A stretch of DNA of 64,000 bases from an uncultured Trueperaceae bacterium (GTDB taxonomy: Bacteria > Deinococcota > Deinococci > Deinococcales > Trueperaceae). Within the stretch, counting starts at the first letter, position 1. Every line of letters starts with the position of its first letter. Below the pieces are notes generated by a model that did no database searches, was not told the DNA's origin, and was given only the letters and a program-made list of their open reading frames with translations. The stretch spans positions 90,019-154,018 of the forward strand of contig CAWFFU010000009.1 in assembly GCA_963815215.1 (NCBI GenBank). Direction: 5' to 3'. This document shows positions 38,973 to 48,783 of this stretch, piece by piece. The translations under genes and the position numbers were made by a program.

Positions 38973-38999
38973 GTGAGCGTTTCTGTCGATATCGCTCAC
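38973..38999. promoter_or_regulatory. Inverted repeat GTGAGCG-N13-CGCTCAC, candidate DeoR operator
   Basis: Perfect 7-bp arms about 50 bp upstream of the deoR start. Confidence 0.5.
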
Positions 39000-39266
39000 A
39001 ACCCGGCCAGGGGCCCCGCCCCGGCGCGCCGAGCCGGAGCATGGGAGGGGGGTTCACGGGAGCTGGGGTCGCGATGCAAAGCTGGGCTTTCCAACCGCGT
39101 GCTAGGTGGAGGGCCCGCAAGGGATCGGTCGCGTCGATACGCGTCTCACACGCGCATCGTGAGCCGGGCGCCGCTGTGGCGAGGCGATCGTCCCCGGTTA
39201 GGTACCATCGGCCTTTACCTGGGGCCCCGACGCTCCGGGACCCCCCCTGCCTACCCCCCTCCGGCC

Positions 39267-40391
39267 CTACGCCTCCGGCAGGGTGAAGTGGAACGTCGCC
39301 CCCTGACCCGGGGGGCTCGCGACGCCGATCTCGCCGCCCTGCAGCTCCACCAGCTGCCGCGCGATGGTCAGCCCGATGCCGCTTCCGCCGGCGTGGGGGC
39401 TGCGCGCCTTGTCGCCGCGGTAGAAGCGCTTGAAGACGTTCGGCAGGTCCTCGGGCGCCAGGCCGGGCCCGGTGTCGCGTACGGCGAAGCGTACGAAGCC
39501 GTGTGCCGGCGGTGCCACCTCGATCGTCACCCGACCGCCGCTCGGGGTGTAGCGCAGCGCGTTCCCCACCAGGTTCGCCAGCACCTGCAGGCTGCGCTCG
39601 CGATCGGCGCGCACCACGGCCGCCTGCGGCGCCGCGATCACCTCGAGCCGCACCCCCCCGCGCTCGGCGTCCGGCAGGAACGATGCGGCGGCGGCCTCGG
39701 CCAGAGCGCGCGCCTCGATCGGGGCCACGGCGAGCTCGAGCTGACCCGTCTCCACCCGCGACAGCAGGCTGAGATCGTCCACCAGATGGGCGAGCCGGTC
39801 GAGCTGGCGCCGGGAGGCGTCGAACACGGTCGCCTCGTCCTCGAAGACGCCGTCCTGCAGCCCCTCGACGTAGCCGCGCAGGTTCGACAGCGGCGTCCGG
39901 AACTCGTGGGCGACGTCGGCCAGCAGCTCCACGCGCCGCTCCTCGCTGCGTTGCAGGGTGTCGGCCATGCGGTTGAAGGCCGCCGCCAGCTCCCCCACCT
40001 CCCCCGGCGCGCGCGGGTCGAGGCGGTCGCCGTAGCGGCCGCCGGCGATGCGCTCGCTGGCCCGGGTCATGTCACGCAGTGGCGTCACGATGCGGGCGGT
40101 GACGAACAGCGCCACGCCGGCAGCGACCAGCGCGGCCGCCAGTGCGGCCCACGCGATCGACTCGCTGAGCGCCCTGCGGTAGGCCCGGTCGAGGTCGGCG
40201 CCGAGCGCGCCGGCGTTGCCGGTCATGCCCATGCCGCCGCCGATGCCGCGCATCATCGCGTCCATGTGGTGCCGCAGGAAGTACGGCGCCAGCGCCTCGC
40301 CGACCAGGATGGCCCCCGCCGCCGCTACCGCGATCACCAGCAGGTACGACGGCAATAGCCGCCAGAACAGGCTGGCGCGCGGGCTGCTCAC
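39267..40391 (-). CDS. Two-component sensor histidine kinase (BaeS-like, HAMP)
   Basis: 2 TM, HAMP (GEVGELAAAFNRMA), H-box AHEFRTP, NLVGNALRY, DTGPG, FKRFYRGD, GSGIGL. Confidence 0.93.
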   Translation of the reverse strand: MSSPRASLFWRLLPSYLLVIAVAAAGAILVGEALAPYFLRHHMDAMMRGIGGGMGMTGNAGALGADLDRAYRRALSESIAWAALAAALVAAGVALFVTARIVTPLRDMTRASERIAGGRYGDRLDPRAPGEVGELAAAFNRMADTLQRSEERRVELLADVAHEFRTPLSNLRGYVEGLQDGVFEDEATVFDASRRQLDRLAHLVDDLSLLSRVETGQLELAVAPIEARALAEAAAASFLPDAERGGVRLEVIAAPQAAVVRADRERSLQVLANLVGNALRYTPSGGRVTIEVAPPAHGFVRFAVRDTGPGLAPEDLPNVFKRFYRGDKARSPHAGGSGIGLTIARQLVELQGGEIGVASPPGQGATFHFTLPEA

Positions 40392-41077
40392 GCCGCCTCC
40401 AAGCGGTAGCCCACGCCGCGCACCGTGCCCACCACGCCGCGCAGGCCGGCGGCTTCGAGCTTCTGCCGCAGGTTCGAGATGTGCACGTCCACCACCCGGT
40501 CGACGCCGGCGAAGTCCGGTCCCCACACCCGCTCGATCAGCTCGTTGCGGCTGAACACGCGGCCCGGCGCGGCGGCCAGGGCGGCGAGCAGGTCGAACTC
40601 CAGGGCGCTGAGCTCGAGCGCCCGCCCGCCCGCCTCGACCCGGCGCCGAGCGCCGTCGACGCGCAGCCCCGCGACCTCGAGCACCATGGCTTCGGCGGGC
40701 GCCGCCTCGTCGGCAGGGGCGCGCCGTAGCACGGCCCGCACCCGGGCCGACAGCTCGCGCGGGCTGAAGGGCTTGACGACATAGTCGTCGGCGCCGGCCT
40801 CGAGTCCGGCGATGCGGTCCCCTTCCTCGCTGCGGGCGGTGAGCATGATGACCGGCACCGCCTCGTCCCGGCGCAGGGCGCGCAGGAAGGAGAGGCCGTC
40901 GAGGCCGGGCAGCATCCAGTCGAGGACCACCAGGTCGGGGGGTCGCTCGAGCGCCAGCTCCAGCCCTGCCACCCCGTCGCGCGCGACCTCGACCTCGAAG
41001 CCGTCACGCTCCAGGTAGGCGCGCACCACGCGCGCGGCGTCCTCGTCGTCCTCGACCACCAGGATGCGCTGCGCCAT
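40388..41077 (-). CDS. OmpR-family response regulator
   Basis: ILVVEDD, LDWMLPGLDG, MLTAR, GADDYVVKPF, VDVHISNLR.K, TVRGVGY. Confidence 0.94.
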   Translation of the reverse strand: MAQRILVVEDDEDAARVVRAYLERDGFEVEVARDGVAGLELALERPPDLVVLDWMLPGLDGLSFLRALRRDEAVPVIMLTARSEEGDRIAGLEAGADDYVVKPFSPRELSARVRAVLRRAPADEAAPAEAMVLEVAGLRVDGARRRVEAGGRALELSALEFDLLAALAAAPGRVFSRNELIERVWGPDFAGVDRVVDVHISNLRQKLEAAGLRGVVGTVRGVGYRLEAA

Positions 41078-41088
41078 GTGGTCCCACG

Positions 41089-41766
41089 CTACACCGCGGG
41101 TCCGCCCGGCCGCCGCCGTGTCGCCGGCAGCCGCGCTGCCAGCAGGTGCACCCCCAACACCCATGCCGACCCGAACGCCCAGCCCGCCAGGATGTCCGAC
41201 GGGTAGTGGACCTGGAGGTAGGGCCGCGACACGCCGATCACGAGCGCCAGCACCAGGCCCAGCACGCCGATCCAGCGCCAACGGTGCGGGAGGGTGCGCC
41301 ACAGCAGCAGGTGCAGCGCCAGGAAGAACGCCAGGCCGCCCATGGCGTGTCCGCTCGGGAACGAGAAGTTCGATTCGTGCACCAGGTGGGCGTAGAGGGT
41401 GGGGCGGGGGCGCGCGAAGAACGTCTTGCTGGCGAGGTCGAGGGCGGCGGCGCCGCCCACCTCGAATGCGAACAGCACGCCCAGCCGTGGCCGCCGCAGC
41501 GCGAACGACGCGGCGATCAGCAGGGCGGTCACGGCGCCCAGGGTCTTGGGCTCGCCGATGACGCTGAGGGTGCGCGCCAGGGCCGTCCTGCCCGCGCTGA
41601 CGTGGAGATGGAACCACGTCAGGACGGGCGCGTCGAAGGCGAAGCCCTGATGGATGTAGACGTCGCGGGCCATCAGGGCGAAGACGGCCAGCAGCGCCAG
41701 CGGCGCCAGCCATGGCACGAGGGTCGACCGGCCGCGCCGGTCGTGGTCGGATATTGGGCCACGCAT
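41089..41766 (-). CDS. PAP2 family phosphatase (undecaprenyl-PP phosphatase-like)
   Basis: K....RPRP, SFPSGH, SRPYLQVHYPSD. Confidence 0.9.
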   Translation of the reverse strand: MRGPISDHDRRGRSTLVPWLAPLALLAVFALMARDVYIHQGFAFDAPVLTWFHLHVSAGRTALARTLSVIGEPKTLGAVTALLIAASFALRRPRLGVLFAFEVGGAAALDLASKTFFARPRPTLYAHLVHESNFSFPSGHAMGGLAFFLALHLLLWRTLPHRWRWIGVLGLVLALVIGVSRPYLQVHYPSDILAGWAFGSAWVLGVHLLAARLPATRRRPGGPAV

Positions 41767-41837
41767 GCGTGGCAGCCTACAGCGGATCTCTCTGAGATTC
41801 CGGTGGAGCGCCCGGCGCGCTCACAGGCCCGTTGCGC

Positions 41838-42815
41838 TCACAGGGCCGTTGCGCGGGTGCCTGCCGGCTCGAGCCCGAGCCACACCTCCTGCAGGTCGGC
41901 CAGCGCCGCGCGCACCGCGCCCTGTTGCCCGTCGGGACAGGCCACGATCACGAAGGCGCTGATCTTGCCGCCGGGGAGCTGGGCGTAGGCGCCCACCTCG
42001 CGCACGCGGCGCGTCACGTCCAGCACGTAGTCATCCACGAACTTGCCGGGAAGGCGCTGCTTGAGCGTCTGCTGCTCGCCGATGAGCTCGGCGATGCGCC
42101 GCACGTCGCCGGCGGCGAAGGCGCTCTCCAGCTCGTAGGCGATCGCCTTGAGCTCGTGCAGCACCGGGTAGGCCTCTTCGAGTCGGCTGCCGAGCAGGTC
42201 GAGCGACGGCTTGGTGCGCGCGTGACGCCCGCTGTAGAAGAACAGCAACGAGTCGACGAACGCCTGCCGCGTGGCGTCGGACAGCGCCACGTCGCGCGCG
42301 ACGGCCTCCGCCCCGTGGTACTCGATGAGCTTGAGGCCCCCCAGCGCAGTGATGGTGGGGTCGTGGTAGCCCGAAGCCCCTTCCAGCACCTCGACCTCGA
42401 TGTGCCCGGCCTCGCGCGCCAGCTCGGCGGCGCTCACCGCTTCGCCCTTGAAGCGGTGCATGGCGTGCAGCAGGCTGACCGTCAAGGCGCCCGACGCGCC
42501 CAGCCCGCTCTCGCTGGCCAGGTCGGCGAGGATGTGCAGCGTCATGGGGGTGTCGAGCAGGCCGGTGAGGCGCAGGCTCTCGCGCACCAGGTCGTGGCGG
42601 ATGTGGCGTCCGTCCGCCGCCTTCTCCTGGGTGTCCTGGAAGCGCAGCTCGAAGGCGCCCCCGGGATTGGGCTTGAGCACGACATACAGGTAGCGGTCGA
42701 CCGCCGCGCTGACGGTGACGCCGCCGAACGCCTCGGCGTAGGGGCGGATGTCGGTGAGGCCGCCCGCCAGCGGGATGCGCAGAGGCGTCTTGCTCACGAT
42801 CACCGAGCTGCTCAC
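41838..42815 (-). CDS. GHMP-family sugar kinase (HddA/heptose-7-phosphate kinase-like)
   Basis: SKTPLRIPLAGGLTD, SGLGASG ATP loop; GTG overlaps upstream stop. Confidence 0.8.
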   Translation of the reverse strand: MSSSVIVSKTPLRIPLAGGLTDIRPYAEAFGGVTVSAAVDRYLYVVLKPNPGGAFELRFQDTQEKAADGRHIRHDLVRESLRLTGLLDTPMTLHILADLASESGLGASGALTVSLLHAMHRFKGEAVSAAELAREAGHIEVEVLEGASGYHDPTITALGGLKLIEYHGAEAVARDVALSDATRQAFVDSLLFFYSGRHARTKPSLDLLGSRLEEAYPVLHELKAIAYELESAFAAGDVRRIAELIGEQQTLKQRLPGKFVDDYVLDVTRRVREVGAYAQLPGGKISAFVIVACPDGQQGAVRAALADLQEVWLGLEPAGTRATAL

Positions 42816-43540
42816 GGCGTCTCGCCCCCTTCGAGCTCCTGCACCCGGCGCTGCACCGCCAGCACGTTCGCCTCGGGCGTCGGCTCGGTGCCGCCGAGGT
42901 GGAGCCACTCGTCGGCCTCGAGCCAGGCCACCTCGAGGCCGGCGTCGATCTGCCGCTGCAGGTTGGGCAGCGCCCGGATCTCCGCGCCGGTGGGCTCGTG
43001 CATCGCGGCCATCACCGCGGGCTCGAGCTTCCACAGCCCGATGTCGGCGAGCGGCCCGCGCCCGTACCAGGCCTCCGCGACGCGCGCTCCGTCGGTGGTG
43101 ATGCGGACGCTGGCGTTGCCGTCGACGCCGCCGGGCGCCACGCTCAGGAGGTTGGCCGCGTCGTGCCGGATCGCGGCCGCGAACAGCGCGGCCGGAACGT
43201 AGAGGTCTCCCAGCCACAGCACCACCGGACCGTCGGGCCGGAGCGCCTCGGCTACGCGGGCCAGGGCGTGCCCGGTGCCGCGCACCTCGCCCTGCTCCAG
43301 ATAGTGCACCGGCAGCCCGTCGTAGGCCTCGCCGAAGTAGGCGCGAACCTGCTCGCCGTGGTGGCCGACCAGGAAGGTGAGGCGGTCGTGCGCGGGGTCG
43401 AGCGCGCCGCAGGCGCGCAGGTTGCGCACCGAGTACTCCACGAAGGGGGTGAGCCCGAAGGGCAGCATGCACTTCTGGAGGTAACGGCCGAGCCGGCCGA
43501 AGCGCGTTCCCTTCCCGGCGGCCAGGCAGACGATGTCCAT
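42812..43540 (-). CDS. Sugar-phosphate nucleotidyltransferase (NTP_transferase)
   Basis: CLAAGKGTRFG.L...QK, EQ...RGTGHA, WLGD. Confidence 0.85.
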   Translation of the reverse strand: MDIVCLAAGKGTRFGRLGRYLQKCMLPFGLTPFVEYSVRNLRACGALDPAHDRLTFLVGHHGEQVRAYFGEAYDGLPVHYLEQGEVRGTGHALARVAEALRPDGPVVLWLGDLYVPAALFAAAIRHDAANLLSVAPGGVDGNASVRITTDGARVAEAWYGRGPLADIGLWKLEPAVMAAMHEPTGAEIRALPNLQRQIDAGLEVAWLEADEWLHLGGTEPTPEANVLAVQRRVQELEGGETP

Positions 43541-43614
43541 GCGGACACCCACGCTACCACGGGCCGCGACCCGACCCCGCTCCGCAACCGCGCCGGACAT
43601 GGTATGCCCGAGCC

Positions 43615-44283
43615 ATGAACACGCTCGTTGTCGGAGCCGCGGGGAGGACGGGCGCGCATATCCTGCGCATGATGCTCGCCGCTCATCTGGGGTCGGTCCG
43701 CGGCCTGGTCCGCAAACCGGAGCAGCAGGACGCGGTGGCCGCGTTCGGCGCCGAGCCGGTGCTGTTCGATCTGGCGGGGGAGGCGACCGAGGAGCAGGCG
43801 GCGGCGCTGGCCGAGGCCCTCGCCAGCGTCGATGCGCTCGTGCACGCCGTCGGTGCGGGATCGCCGCAGCAGGCCGACGCCGTCGATCGCCGCGGTACGG
43901 TGCGGCTCATCGAGGCCGCGGAGCGCGCCGGGGTGCTGCGCTTCCTGCTGGTCAGCTCGATGGGGACCGATCGGCCCGATACCATGCCCACGTTTCTGCG
44001 CCCCTTCCTGGACGCCAAGCGCGAGTCCGAGCAGGCGCTGCGCGCCAGCGGCCTGAGCTGGACCATCGTGCGGCCCGGCGGCTTGACCGACGACGCGCCG
44101 ACCGGCCGCGTGCGGGTGGGGCCGTCGCTCGAGCCCGGCGGCACCATCCCGCGGGCGGACGTGGCGCGCGTCACCGTGGCCGCGTTGCGGCTCGGGGTGG
44201 GCGAAGGGCAGGCCTTCGACCTGCTGTCCGGCGATACGCCCGTCGACGAAGCGCTCCAGGGACTCCCGTCCTCGCCGGATTGA
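43615..44283 (+). CDS. Atypical SDR / NAD(P)H-binding protein
   Basis: [32 protein letters not shown]. Confidence 0.9.
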   Translation: MNTLVVGAAGRTGAHILRMMLAAHLGSVRGLVRKPEQQDAVAAFGAEPVLFDLAGEATEEQAAALAEALASVDALVHAVGAGSPQQADAVDRRGTVRLIEAAERAGVLRFLLVSSMGTDRPDTMPTFLRPFLDAKRESEQALRASGLSWTIVRPGGLTDDAPTGRVRVGPSLEPGGTIPRADVARVTVAALRLGVGEGQAFDLLSGDTPVDEALQGLPSSPD

Positions 44284-44374
44284 GCGGCCGGCGCTAGACT
44301 GGGAGGACCCTGACGCAGGCGGGAACGACGCGGGACCCACCCACGGACGGCGCACAGACCACGAGGAGGCGCCC

Positions 44375-45235
44375 ATGATCGCCAAGGCTCCCTTCGGAAG
44401 CACGGGACACCAGAGCACGCGCACGTTGTTCGGCGCCGCGGCGCTGAGTGACGTCACCCAGGCCGAGGCCGACCGCACCATGGAGCTGGTGCTGGACCAC
44501 GGCATCAACCACATCGACGTGGCGGCCAGCTACGGCGACGCCGAAGTGCGGCTCGGTCCCTGGATGGAGCGCCGCCGCGGCGAGTTCTTCCTGGCGAGCA
44601 AGACCGGCGAGCGTAGCTACGCCGCAGCGCGCGACGAGATCCGCCGCTCGCTGGAGCGTCTGCGCACCGATCGGCTCGATCTCATCCAGCTCCACAACCT
44701 GGCCCAGGAAGACGAGTGGGAGCTCGCCATGGGCGAGGACGGGGCGTTGCGGGCCTGCGTGGAAGCGCGCGACGAGGGCCTGGTGAGCTTCATCGGCGTC
44801 ACCGGTCACGGCCTCGGCATCGCCGCCATGCACCTGCGCAGCCTGGAGCGCTTCCCGTTCGACAGTGTGCTGTTCCCGTACAGCTACGTGCTGCTGCGAG
44901 ACGAGGGCTACCGCGCCGACGTCGAGGCGCTGCTGGCGGTGTGCCGCGAGCGCGGTGTGGCGACGCAGACCATCAAGTCGTTGACGCGCCGTCCCTGGGG
45001 TGAGCGGCGGCAGACGCGCGCCACCTGGTACGAACCGCTCGAGGATCCCGCCGACGTCGAGGTGGCGGTGCACTGGGTGCTGGGGCGCGAGGGTCTGTTC
45101 CTCAACACCGTCGGCGACATCCACGTGCTGCCGCGGGTGCTGGAGTCCGCCGCGCGCTTCACCGGCCCCGTCCCCGACGAGGCCATGCGCGAGGTCGTCG
45201 AGCGCCGCGATATGGAGCCGCTCTTCACGCGCTGA
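44375..45235 (+). CDS. Aldo/keto reductase
   Basis: [40 protein letters not shown]. Confidence 0.9.
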   Translation: MIAKAPFGSTGHQSTRTLFGAAALSDVTQAEADRTMELVLDHGINHIDVAASYGDAEVRLGPWMERRRGEFFLASKTGERSYAAARDEIRRSLERLRTDRLDLIQLHNLAQEDEWELAMGEDGALRACVEARDEGLVSFIGVTGHGLGIAAMHLRSLERFPFDSVLFPYSYVLLRDEGYRADVEALLAVCRERGVATQTIKSLTRRPWGERRQTRATWYEPLEDPADVEVAVHWVLGREGLFLNTVGDIHVLPRVLESAARFTGPVPDEAMREVVERRDMEPLFTR

Positions 45236-45498
45236 CGCATCGCGGCGACCTGCGGCATCGGGGCGTGGCAAGGGGGGGGATGGGTGGCGACATCGGGGCG
45301 CAGGGCGCGGCGCCGGTCGTACGACGGAATCGTGTGCGCGGCTATGGAGACCGGCGCGTCGGAGTTGCATCGTGGTCTGGTGGGCAGCGCGCGACGATGG
45401 GGTCGACAGGGTGCGCAGGGTCGTGACGGAGCGAAGCGCAGACGGTGCGGTGCGCTCCGATCGCGTGGTCACCGACGTTCCGTTGGCTGCGGGGCGCC

Positions 45499-46677
45499 GT
45501 GAGCCTTCGCCTCGCCGCGTCGCTGGCGCTCAAGGAGATCCTCCGCAACAAGGGCCGTTTCGCGTCCATCGGCGCCGTCATCGCGCTGATCACCACGCTG
45601 GTGCTGTTCCTCTCCGGGTTGGGTGAGGGGCTGGCGACCGGCAACCGCCAGTATGTGAGCCGGCTCGACGCCGACCTGCTCGTCTACCAGACCACCGCCG
45701 ATCTCCAGATCGCGGCCAGTCAGTTCGACGGTTCCGCCGTCGCGTCGGTGCGTCGCGTGGCCGGTGTGGCCGACCTCGGCGCCATCGCCTTCGCGTCGAC
45801 GGTGGTGGACCCGCGCTCGAGCACGAAGGCGACGGCGCCGGGTCTCCGGGTCTCACTGATCGGGGTGGAGCCGGGGCGTCCGGGCGACCCGCCGGTGCTG
45901 CAAGGGCCGGGATTCACGTCGGCCAGCGGCAACGAGGTGGTGCTGGGGCGCCAGGCGGCGCTGCGCAGCGGGATGAAGGTAGGCGACATCCTGACGGTCC
46001 GCTCCACCCAGGGCGCCGTGGACGAGCGCTACGACCTGCGTGTGGTGGGGATCGCGGCGGGCCAGCAGTACCAGATCGCGCCGGCCATCCTGGTGCCGCT
46101 GGTCACCTTCGAGCGAGTCAAGCCCAAGGCCAACCTCCAGGAGGACCCCCGTACCCTGCTGTTCAACGTTCTGGCCGTGAAGGGCGCCGCCGGCGTGGCG
46201 CCCGCCGCCCTCGCCCGGCGCATCGAGGGTCAGGTGCGGGGGGTGCGTGCGGTCGACCTCGCCACCGCGTACCAGAGCATCCCCGGCTACACGGCGCAGC
46301 AGAGCACGCTCAACACGCAGAGCGGCTTCACTCTGATCATCGGACTCCTGGTGGTGGGCGGCTTCTTCCAGATCCAGACTCTGCAGAAGCTGGGGCAGAT
46401 CGGCATGCTCAAGGCCATCGGCGCCTCCAATGCACTGGTGGCGACCGAGGCGGTGCTGCAGATCGTCCTCGTCAACCTGGCAGGCGTGATCGCAGGAACC
46501 CTGGGCACGGCCGTCCTCGCCGCCACCTTCCCGGCCACCGTGCCGATCGTGTTCCAGCCCGGTAACGTCGCCACCGCCCTGGTGGGCCTGCTGGTCATCG
46601 GTCCGCTCGGCGGCCTGGTGGCGCTGCGCGCGGCGCTGCGCGTCGAGCCGCTGCGCGCCCTGGGGCTGGGCCGATGA
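45499..46677 (+). CDS. ABC exporter permease (FtsX/MacB/DevC-like)
   Basis: LALKEILRNKGRF, periplasmic loop, QK..QIGMLKAIGA, VEPL.AL; start uncertain. Confidence 0.85.
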   Translation: MSLRLAASLALKEILRNKGRFASIGAVIALITTLVLFLSGLGEGLATGNRQYVSRLDADLLVYQTTADLQIAASQFDGSAVASVRRVAGVADLGAIAFASTVVDPRSSTKATAPGLRVSLIGVEPGRPGDPPVLQGPGFTSASGNEVVLGRQAALRSGMKVGDILTVRSTQGAVDERYDLRVVGIAAGQQYQIAPAILVPLVTFERVKPKANLQEDPRTLLFNVLAVKGAAGVAPAALARRIEGQVRGVRAVDLATAYQSIPGYTAQQSTLNTQSGFTLIIGLLVVGGFFQIQTLQKLGQIGMLKAIGASNALVATEAVLQIVLVNLAGVIAGTLGTAVLAATFPATVPIVFQPGNVATALVGLLVIGPLGGLVALRAALRVEPLRALGLGR

Positions 46678-47522
46678 GGGGGCGACGACGCGAACGGCGG
46701 GACCGGCGCGCCACCGGCGAGGACGCTCGCGACCCGGTGGCGTCCCGGGACGCCGCGGCCGACACCGCGGCCGACACCACGAACGACACGACGGACGACA
46801 CCCCGGCCCTGGTGGCCGAGGGCCTACGCAAGAGCTACCCGCTCGGCCGGCAGACCATCCACGCCGTGGACGGGGTCTCGCTCACGCTCCGGCGCGGGGA
46901 GTTCATGGCCCTGGTGGGGCCGTCGGGCTCGGGCAAGACCAGCATCCTGGCGATGCTGGCGGGCCTGCTCCGCCCCACGGAGGGCCGCGTGAGCATCGCG
47001 GGGGAGGATCTGGGGGGCCTCGTCGACCGCCGTCTGGCCGGGTTCCGCCGTCGCAACATCGGGTTCACGTTCCAGCAGAACAACCTCGTTCCTTACCTCA
47101 CGGTGCTCGAGAACGTCACCCTGATGCTGTCGCTGAACGGACGCTACGACGCCGCCGGTGTGCGCAGGGCCCGGGAGCTGCTGGAGCAGCTCGGCCTGGG
47201 CGACCGCCTTCGGAGCCTGCCCTCGCAGCTCTCCGGGGGTCAGCAGCAGCGTGTCGCCATCGCCCGCGCGCTCATCCATCAACCCGCGGTGGTGCTCGCC
47301 GACGAGCCCACCGCCAGCCTCGACACGGAACGCGCGCACCAGGTGGTGGACACCTTCGCCACGCTCATCCACCACGACCGGCGCGCGGGGATCATGGTGA
47401 CCCACGACCTGCGCATGTGCCGGGCCGTCGATCGCGTCATCGTGTTGCGTGACGGCGTCGTGGATCGCACCCTCGAGGATCCCGCTGCCATCGCACAGTT
47501 CGCCGAAGGAGCGTTGGCATGA
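46674..47522 (+). CDS. ABC exporter ATP-binding protein (LolD/DevA-like)
   Basis: GPSGSGKT, LSGGQQQRVAIARA, LADEPT, VTHD. Confidence 0.93.
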   Translation: MRGRRRERRDRRATGEDARDPVASRDAAADTAADTTNDTTDDTPALVAEGLRKSYPLGRQTIHAVDGVSLTLRRGEFMALVGPSGSGKTSILAMLAGLLRPTEGRVSIAGEDLGGLVDRRLAGFRRRNIGFTFQQNNLVPYLTVLENVTLMLSLNGRYDAAGVRRARELLEQLGLGDRLRSLPSQLSGGQQQRVAIARALIHQPAVVLADEPTASLDTERAHQVVDTFATLIHHDRRAGIMVTHDLRMCRAVDRVIVLRDGVVDRTLEDPAAIAQFAEGALA

Positions 47523-47553
47523 CGTCCGGCACGAGCCGGCCGCGGAGTGGAGC

Positions 47554-48729
47554 ATGCGCATGATGCGTGTCGTCCTGTACCTGGTCCTCGGCGCCCTTCT
47601 GGGTGTTGGGGGCACGATCGCCTACCGCCAGGTCGCGAACCCGGTGGGGTCCCAGTCCGAGCCGCTGTCGAGCTCGAGCCCCACCTCCGCGGACGCCGCG
47701 GGGGGCCTCCCGGCAGCCGGTGGCGGGAGCGCCGGCGGCGGCGCGGCGGGCGCGGGAGCCTCCGTCGCGACGTCCCTTCCCGTGGCCACGTCGGCAGAGG
47801 CCGAGGTGCGCCCGCTGCGCTCGGCGGAGCTGGCGTTCCCCGTGTCCGGCGTGCTCGCCGAACGGCTCGTGGCGGTCGGCGACGAGGTCCAGGCGGGCGC
47901 GGCCCTGCTCCGGCTCGACAGCTCCGGCGAGCAGGCGTTGCTGCGGCAGGCGGAGGCGGCGCTGGCCGCGTCCGCGGCCCAGGTAGGGGTGGCGCAGGCG
48001 GCCGAGGAGGCCGCGAAGCAGCAGGTAGCGGCGGCCGACGCCGCCGTAGACGTGGCGAAGGCGCAGCTCGATGGCGCCGACACGGCGGTGCGGCAGACCC
48101 TGGGTGAGGCCGAGGCCACCGTCGCCCGGGCCAAGGCCCAACGGGCGGCGGCGGCGGCCGGCGTGACGCAGGCCGAAGCCGCCGCCCTGCAGGCGCGCGC
48201 GGCCTACCAACAGGCGAAGGCGGCGGTGACCGAGGCAGGCGCGCGCCGCGATCAGGCCGCTGCCGCCCGCGACAGCGCCGCCCTGGCCGTCGACCGGCGA
48301 ACGCTGCGCGCGCCCTTCGCGGGTCGCGTGATGGCCGTTGGGGCCGAGGTCGGCGAGACCGTCGGTTCCGGCGGCGCGGCGGCCACAGCCGGGGCCGCAG
48401 CCGGGGCCGCAGCCGGCTCTGCGAACGGCGCTACGTCCGCCGCCGTCACGCTTGCCGACACCAGCGCCTGGCTCGTGGACACCACCAACCTCACCGAGCG
48501 GCAGGTGGTGGGCGTGCAGGTGGGTCGTCGCGTGACGGTCTCCGTGGACGCGCTGCCGGGCCGCACCTTCGGCGGTGAGGTGGAGCGGGTGAGCGGCGTC
48601 TCCAAGATCGTGCGGGGCGACGTCACCTACGTCGTCACCGTCCGCATCCTCCCGAACGGCGGCGACGCCGCGGACCTCGCCCTGTTGCGGCCGGGCATGA
48701 CGGCGGTCGTGAAGGACCTGGTGCGCTGA
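47554..48729 (+). CDS. HlyD/membrane-fusion periplasmic adaptor
   Basis: N-terminal TM, VSG.L....V.VGD.V..G, Ala/Gln coiled coil, LRAPFAG, LRPGMT. Confidence 0.88.
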   Translation: MRMMRVVLYLVLGALLGVGGTIAYRQVANPVGSQSEPLSSSSPTSADAAGGLPAAGGGSAGGGAAGAGASVATSLPVATSAEAEVRPLRSAELAFPVSGVLAERLVAVGDEVQAGAALLRLDSSGEQALLRQAEAALAASAAQVGVAQAAEEAAKQQVAAADAAVDVAKAQLDGADTAVRQTLGEAEATVARAKAQRAAAAAGVTQAEAAALQARAAYQQAKAAVTEAGARRDQAAAARDSAALAVDRRTLRAPFAGRVMAVGAEVGETVGSGGAAATAGAAAGAAAGSANGATSAAVTLADTSAWLVDTTNLTERQVVGVQVGRRVTVSVDALPGRTFGGEVERVSGVSKIVRGDVTYVVTVRILPNGGDAADLALLRPGMTAVVKDLVR

Positions 48730-48783
48730 CGCCGCGGGCCGGTCGCCGGCCCGCCGTCCGCGGGCTGTCTCCCGGAAGGCCGA

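Noticed and set aside
39040..39130. GCAAAGC-containing intergenic stretch as a c-di-GMP-I riboswitch
   Set aside because: Lacks the GGCAAAC..GAAA P2 stem, and no co-oriented gene lies downstream.
38193..40358. 721-aa plus-strand ORF, and similar long overlapping ORFs such as 15686-17833, 34084-36231 and 3367-5250
   Set aside because: Antisense or off-frame shadows of well-supported genes, expected in very GC-rich DNA; no family motifs except where explained by the noted frameshifts.
46745..48420. Short coding repeats (DTAADTTNDTTDDT; AAAGAAAG; also ASDPASDP near 36800)
   Set aside because: In-frame low-complexity linkers with no sign of special function.
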